From NCBI GenBank assembly GCA_964234715.1, contig OZ174277.1: a stretch of 64,000 bases of DNA; one strand, 5' to 3'. The DNA comes from Podarcis melisellensis (lineage: Eukaryota). Below, piece after piece: positions 59,790 through 64,000 of this stretch. How positions within the stretch are numbered: the first letter of the stretch is position 1; each line of letters opens with the position of its first letter. Both the position numbers and the translations under genes were made by a program. Below the pieces are notes generated by a model. The model had not been told where the DNA came from and did no database searches. It worked only from the letters and a program-made list of their open reading frames with translations.

Positions 59790-62302
59790 ACTGATTAACT
59801 TTTTCTCCTCTGGTCAGTTTCCCTTTCAAAATGGCCTTCCTGCTGTTTTTCCAACTAAATAGTGAAAGCTCACTGTTCTCCATGATGGAAAAACAGCTTG
59901 TAGAAGACAATTTTTGAGTGGGGAAATTACCACTAACCCCAGGCACTGTTAATCCCAGGTAAACAAGTCATCTTTGAGTGTCCCAGGTCCTCTCTTTTTA
60001 AAAACGTATTGTCTGGTCCCAGGGTGGTTGTGAGGATGAAATGGGCAGGGGAGAACTATGTTTGCCACCTTGGAGGAAATATGGTATATAAAGAGTAGTA
60101 AATAAATAAAATAACTTTGTTATTCTCAGTGAATCAGGCCCTCACTCCTGATATGTATATTTGGGGGCAGGAGATGCCACAGAGCTTAGCAGCATTGAGA
60201 AATAAGGAAGATGGGTGCGGCAACAGTGACTGCAAACGCTTCACCCCCAGCACTATAAAGGAAAGCACTGGGCCCACCAGCATAGCTGCTGAAGAACTTT
60301 CTAAGTATTTGAAGGCGTTTCTGCTGCAGCATCACATGGTAAGGCCAGGTTCAGTCCTTAAGTGTATTTGGGCAGCAGCAGGAGGAGGAATAAATGTGAC
60401 ACAGAGTTTTTTCTTCGCCTGTCTTGTTGGAAGACCACAATCTGCTTGACTGTTTGGGTTGCCACTGGATGTTTTGCATGGCAATCTATGGTTTGAAGAA
60501 AAAGGGAAGCAGTAATCGGGGCGCTTGGAGGAGACCCAGCTGCCCCTTAACAGTTGGGGCTCCCTTAATGCAACAGTTGCCCTCCTGGTATGTCTTCAAG
60601 GGACTAATGACAAATCCTGGAGAATATTTACTTATTTATATCCCACATTTCCCCCTGTGCTCCTTAATTACTTCCCACAACAGTCCTGTGAGGGAAGTTA
60701 GGCTGAGAGGCAATGACTGAACCAAAGTCACCCAGTGAGCTTCATGGAGTGAGTGAGGATTTGAACCCTGGTCTAAAATTTGTTTGAAGTATAGGCACTC
60801 TGCGTTTTTGCGACTAAGTCTTTGAGGCAGTTTATAAAACCACTGTTGTTGTTGTTGTTTAGTCGTTTAGTTGTGTCCGACTCTTCATGACCCCATGGAC
60901 CAGAGCACGCCAGGCACTTCTGTCTTCATAAAACCACTAACAATGATCAAATAAAAACTTAAAATTCATCCAGCCACACGGCCCAGTAAAAGAAATAGCA
61001 GAAGCAACATGGTAATTTGGAAAATCCCATGAAAGTATCTAAAAAACAAGAGCAGGTGCCAGCTGAATATTTCTGAACATTCAGCCCCCCCCCACCACAT
61101 GACCCCATTTCTCATGAATAGAGAGGGTGGGGAGCTACTGCATTGTGCTCTCAGATCTTTTAAATACATAGCAAGGCCCCTGCAGAGGGAAGAGGGTTAC
61201 GTTGTTCTTCACCCCAGCGGTCTTCCCCTCCCCAACTCCAGCCAATTTTCTTTTTTTAAAAAAGTTGGGAGAAATGTTACATGAGCTTGCTGTTTACTTT
61301 GGCAATAAGTAAGTCTTTGTGGGAATTGAGCACCAATGTTGCAATACTCAATCGGATGATCCACTTGAGAACAGGAACCAAATATCTGGCTGGGTATCTG
61401 TATGTAAGTGCTAGCTTTCCTCTCACAACACCTTAGCATGCATTTCTCCCTCCTAGCCCACTGTTTTCCACCTTCAAAGGCTGAAGACCACACAGAAGGC
61501 TTATAAGCCGAAGTTCACTTCTACAATCCTTTGTCCTAGAAGAGCTCAGCATTAAAATTTGTTTCTGAACACATATATTTCGTGCAGCCACTGATAATTA
61601 AACATGTTCAGAACTTTTAAACCTGCAACATTTAACATTTTAAAGATGTATTTGTAAATATTTATTTTTACCAAGAAAAAATGCATGGTGTCGAAGACAT
61701 ATTTTCTGGAATGAGGTGAACAATTTCCTAACATTTAAATCTTCAGAAATGACTGCAGTATGTAGCCATGTTAACAGAGTTCAAACCTCAGGTTCTCTCA
61801 GTAATGTAAGGTTATCCTTAATCAATGACATAGATTTAAATTGCAATCTGAAGGTATTTTCAAAAATAATAATAGGTTAATCAAACTCATTTACACTGTT
61901 GCATTACTCAACCACAGTACCTCGTAGCTGAACCCAAAATTTAGACTTTTTGGCAACAGTGATATTTCCAGCTGCAATAGGGAACTCTCACACGTAATGA
62001 ACCCCTGCTTAGGTGCCGCCCACTCTATCACATATTTAGTCAAGCAACTTGTGTTTAGGACTCCGCTCAGGGACGTGTGTATGCATGTGTGCAAATCTAT
62101 ATAAATAAAATTTATTATTATTATTATTATTATCTCTTCCCCTTCCACTTACTGGACGCGATCAAGGATTAAGCGGAAAGTCACCTTCCAGTCATTAAAA
62201 ACAACAACAACCATAAACGCTGGTCACCTGGTTTGGCAGGGCTGTCCATTTGGGCATCTCCAGCCCAGTAGAGAAGAGGGCTTGTTTTATAGTCTTCAGC
62301 AT
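57110..62302 (-). CDS. HEBP2: Heme-binding protein 2 (SOUL), spliced CDS complement(join(57110..57287,58458..58638,59041..59176,62228..62302)), 189 aa
   Basis: Four GT-AG exons with consistent phases (75+136+181+178 = 570 nt). SOUL-family motifs YEIRqY.PAKWV, GFTKLFNYIKGKNE, MTAPV, VFVRSFGGF, YYTAGYDSPFKLLNRHNEVW. Confidence 0.95.
58458..58638 (-). CDS. HEBP2: HEBP2 coding exon 3, GVKIDMTAPV...PAITVFVR
   Basis: Within ORF 58454..58675. Acceptor cttgcag|GA, donor CAG|gtaagc, 181 nt. Confidence 0.95.
59041..59176 (-). CDS. HEBP2: HEBP2 coding exon 2, ATDYEIRQYEPAKWV...KGKNEK
   Basis: Within ORF 58898..59203. Acceptor cccttaag|GCT, donor AAG|gtaagg, 136 nt. Confidence 0.95.
59316..59494. mobile_element. 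hAT-Charlie-type MITE in a HEBP2 intron
   Basis: cagggttgccaacct ... aggttgactacccctg, with perfect 8-bp TSD ctctagac (NTCTAGAN consensus). Confidence 0.85.
60672..60775 (-). mobile_element. MIR/CORE-like SINE fragment (related relics at about 4490-4614 and 60020-60112)
   Basis: cacaacagtcctgtgagg..aggctgaga..tgactg..ccaaagtcacccagtgagcttcatgg..ggatttgaacc motif shared with the 4.5-kb copy. Confidence 0.55.
60845..60927 (-). mobile_element. 5'-truncated RTE/BovB-like 3' end with (CAA)n tail
   Basis: gttgttgttg...tttagtcgtttagttgtgtccgactcttcatgaccccatggac, flanked by an exact 11-bp TSD ataaaaccact (60834-60844 and 60928-60938). Confidence 0.8.
62228..62302 (-). CDS. HEBP2: HEBP2 first coding exon, MLKTIKQALFSTGLEMPKWTALPNQ
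   Basis: Minus strand reads ccttttctccacccag|G ATG ... CAG|gtgacc. 25 codons, phase 0, joins the next exon in frame. Confidence 0.85.
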
Positions 62303-62479
62303 CCTGGGTGGAGAAAAGGAACGACGTTAGAGCTTCCCTTCCACATTCTGCATGTGCACCTGCACATCTCTTCCCTCAGAGCCCGTCCCTTTGTATTCAA
62401 CGGAGTATGCAGAAAGGCAACTGGTGCAAACATTTCCCCCAGTATGGAAATGTATTGCAAGAAGCTGCGCCTAGTATTA

Positions 62480-63450
62480 TTTTTATTTTTTAAGGCGCAG
62501 CTTCCCTAAAGCAGAAACCAAAGCGCAACCTTCGCAATCCCTCCCCCGCCCCGTTGCCCTTTCAAATCCCCCCGCCGCATCCCCTCTACCCATATTCCCC
62601 TTCGCTCTCGGCTCCTGCCTTTCTGTCTGCCGGCAGCACCTTCCGTCTCTTCCTCGCTCTCCTTGCATAAGGCCCCGGCGCCTTGTGTAACAACATTTCA
62701 GGCGACGCTCTCCGTGGCGTCGGAAACACCCAGGGCGGGGAGGGGAGGTGGCCTGGGACACTACGCTGCGAAGGAGGGGAGCAAACAACCTCCCCCCCCC
62801 TGCAAAGTTGTGAGGAAGAGCCGCTGACGGCATTATGGGGTGCGGGGGGGGCACTTGGCCGCCTTTCCAGCTAGCCTACGAGAGGCGTCCGGATTGGCTG
62901 CCCTCAAAGGAGCAGCTTCGCACGTGTGAGAGGGTGCGCGCGCGCGAGGGGTGGGGAGCGAGGAGCGAAAGCGGCTGTTTTGCTGGCGAGGGCGGTGGAC
63001 GGGGAACGGGCGCGCGCTCCTCCTGGCCCTGCAGTGCCGCTTGGTGTCAGATGCTGCTTGTTGTGCTGGCTGGCTGGCCCCCAAGCTCTTGGGAATGCGG
63101 GAGTGAGCTAATGGCAGATTGTCATATGCCTCAAGCGGGAGGAGGGAAGGAGGGGGGGGCGGCCGAGATGACAAGGGCCCTTTGAAAGCCGAAGGCATTC
63201 GCGCGCCTTGGCTCTCTTTTCCTCCCACTCCCAACTTTGTGAGGAGATGCATCGCCTCCTTTAGGAGCGCAAATGTACTATAGAATGCGCGGGGGCGCCT
63301 TGTTGGCTCGTGCTCCTCCGCATATTCTCATATTCTGAGGCTCCTCTGTGAGGAAAGTGGTCCGTAGAAGCAGAAACGCGGGCGAAACTTCTGGCACGCG
63401 AGTTGCTCTGGGAGCGACCCGCAGATTTAATGTTTTCAGTCTGAGAAGCA
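62480..63450 (-). promoter_or_regulatory. CpG island, probable HEBP2 promoter and non-coding first exon
   Basis: Sharp rise in GC and CpG. GC boxes (gggcgg near 62732 and 62990), CCAAT on the minus strand (attgg near 62893), CACGTG E-box near 62921. Lies immediately upstream of the HEBP2 ATG exon. Confidence 0.8.
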
Positions 63451-64000
63451 GCACTGGCAAGTGTTTTGTGGATTGCAGACCAAGGAGTTTAAGTTTTCAA
63501 CACCCTCTCTTAAAATGCAAAGGGAACAAGTTCCCCTCCTGCAGAATTGCAATTTTATTTTTTTGCGGGTGGGGGTGAGAAGCAAAAAGGGCATTCATAG
63601 TTCCTGACACATTTAGGGATGAACAGCATCTCCACATGCTAGGAATGCTCTCCATAGCAAAAATGGACCAGAGCCCACGTATTTATCGGTTGCTTTCTAG
63701 AAATGAAATGGTTGAATTGAAGCTGGTAGCTCCAGGTAAGTAAGAAAAGTATAGCCCAGGAATGGAGAGGTGGAAATATAAATTAATTTGTGGCATTGCA
63801 AAATCACCAACTGTCCCTGTTGCGACCTTTCAGATAAAGATGTAAACAAATAAGATCTAGAAGTGGGCATAATGGTGACACACTGCAGAAAGCAACCCTA
63901 GTAAAAATTTGCAGTCGCCCACTTGTGCAGTGAAGCCAATAGGCAAAGCCTTTATGACACTATAAAAGGCTTTCCAAGCACAGACACAGCAGTCAGGAGC

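Noticed and set aside
62483-63578. Several 60-139 aa ORFs in the CpG island
   Set aside because: Expected in GC-rich promoter DNA; no recognisable protein similarity or exon structure.

Overview
AT-rich vertebrate genomic DNA. The repeat content (Sauria SINE, CR1, BovB-like RTE, abundant Tc1/mariner and hAT MITEs) points to a squamate, probably a lacertid lizard (inference). Two convergent protein-coding genes are present. (1) NHSL1 (+ strand) can be spliced by hand from an alternative first coding exon at 8276 through exons at 12048, 26636, 33229, 39498, 44707, 48586 and 52199 to a stop at 52850. All introns are GT-AG and phase-consistent; the CDS is 4818 nt (1605 aa). Longer 5' isoforms carrying the full WAVE-homology domain would start upstream of the window. 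(2) HEBP2/SOUL (- strand) has 4 coding exons (62302 to 57110, 189 aa) and a CpG-island promoter at about 62.5-63.45 kb. Most of the short ORFs in the track are intronic noise. The most interesting signals are: a 72-nt in-frame cysteine-rich candidate cassette exon (29150-29221) resembling the alternatively spliced 'CCHMTPWSRK' exon of the paralog NHS; a possible combinatorial localisation code in NHSL1 splicing; an inverted MITE pair bracketing exon 2; a MITE carrying 66 bp copied from neighbouring intron; a TTAA-flanked hairpin; and loss of the reported heme-ligand His in HEBP2. No prokaryote-type system (CRISPR, operon) is present. Gene identities rest on remembered homolog sequences, not on a database search.
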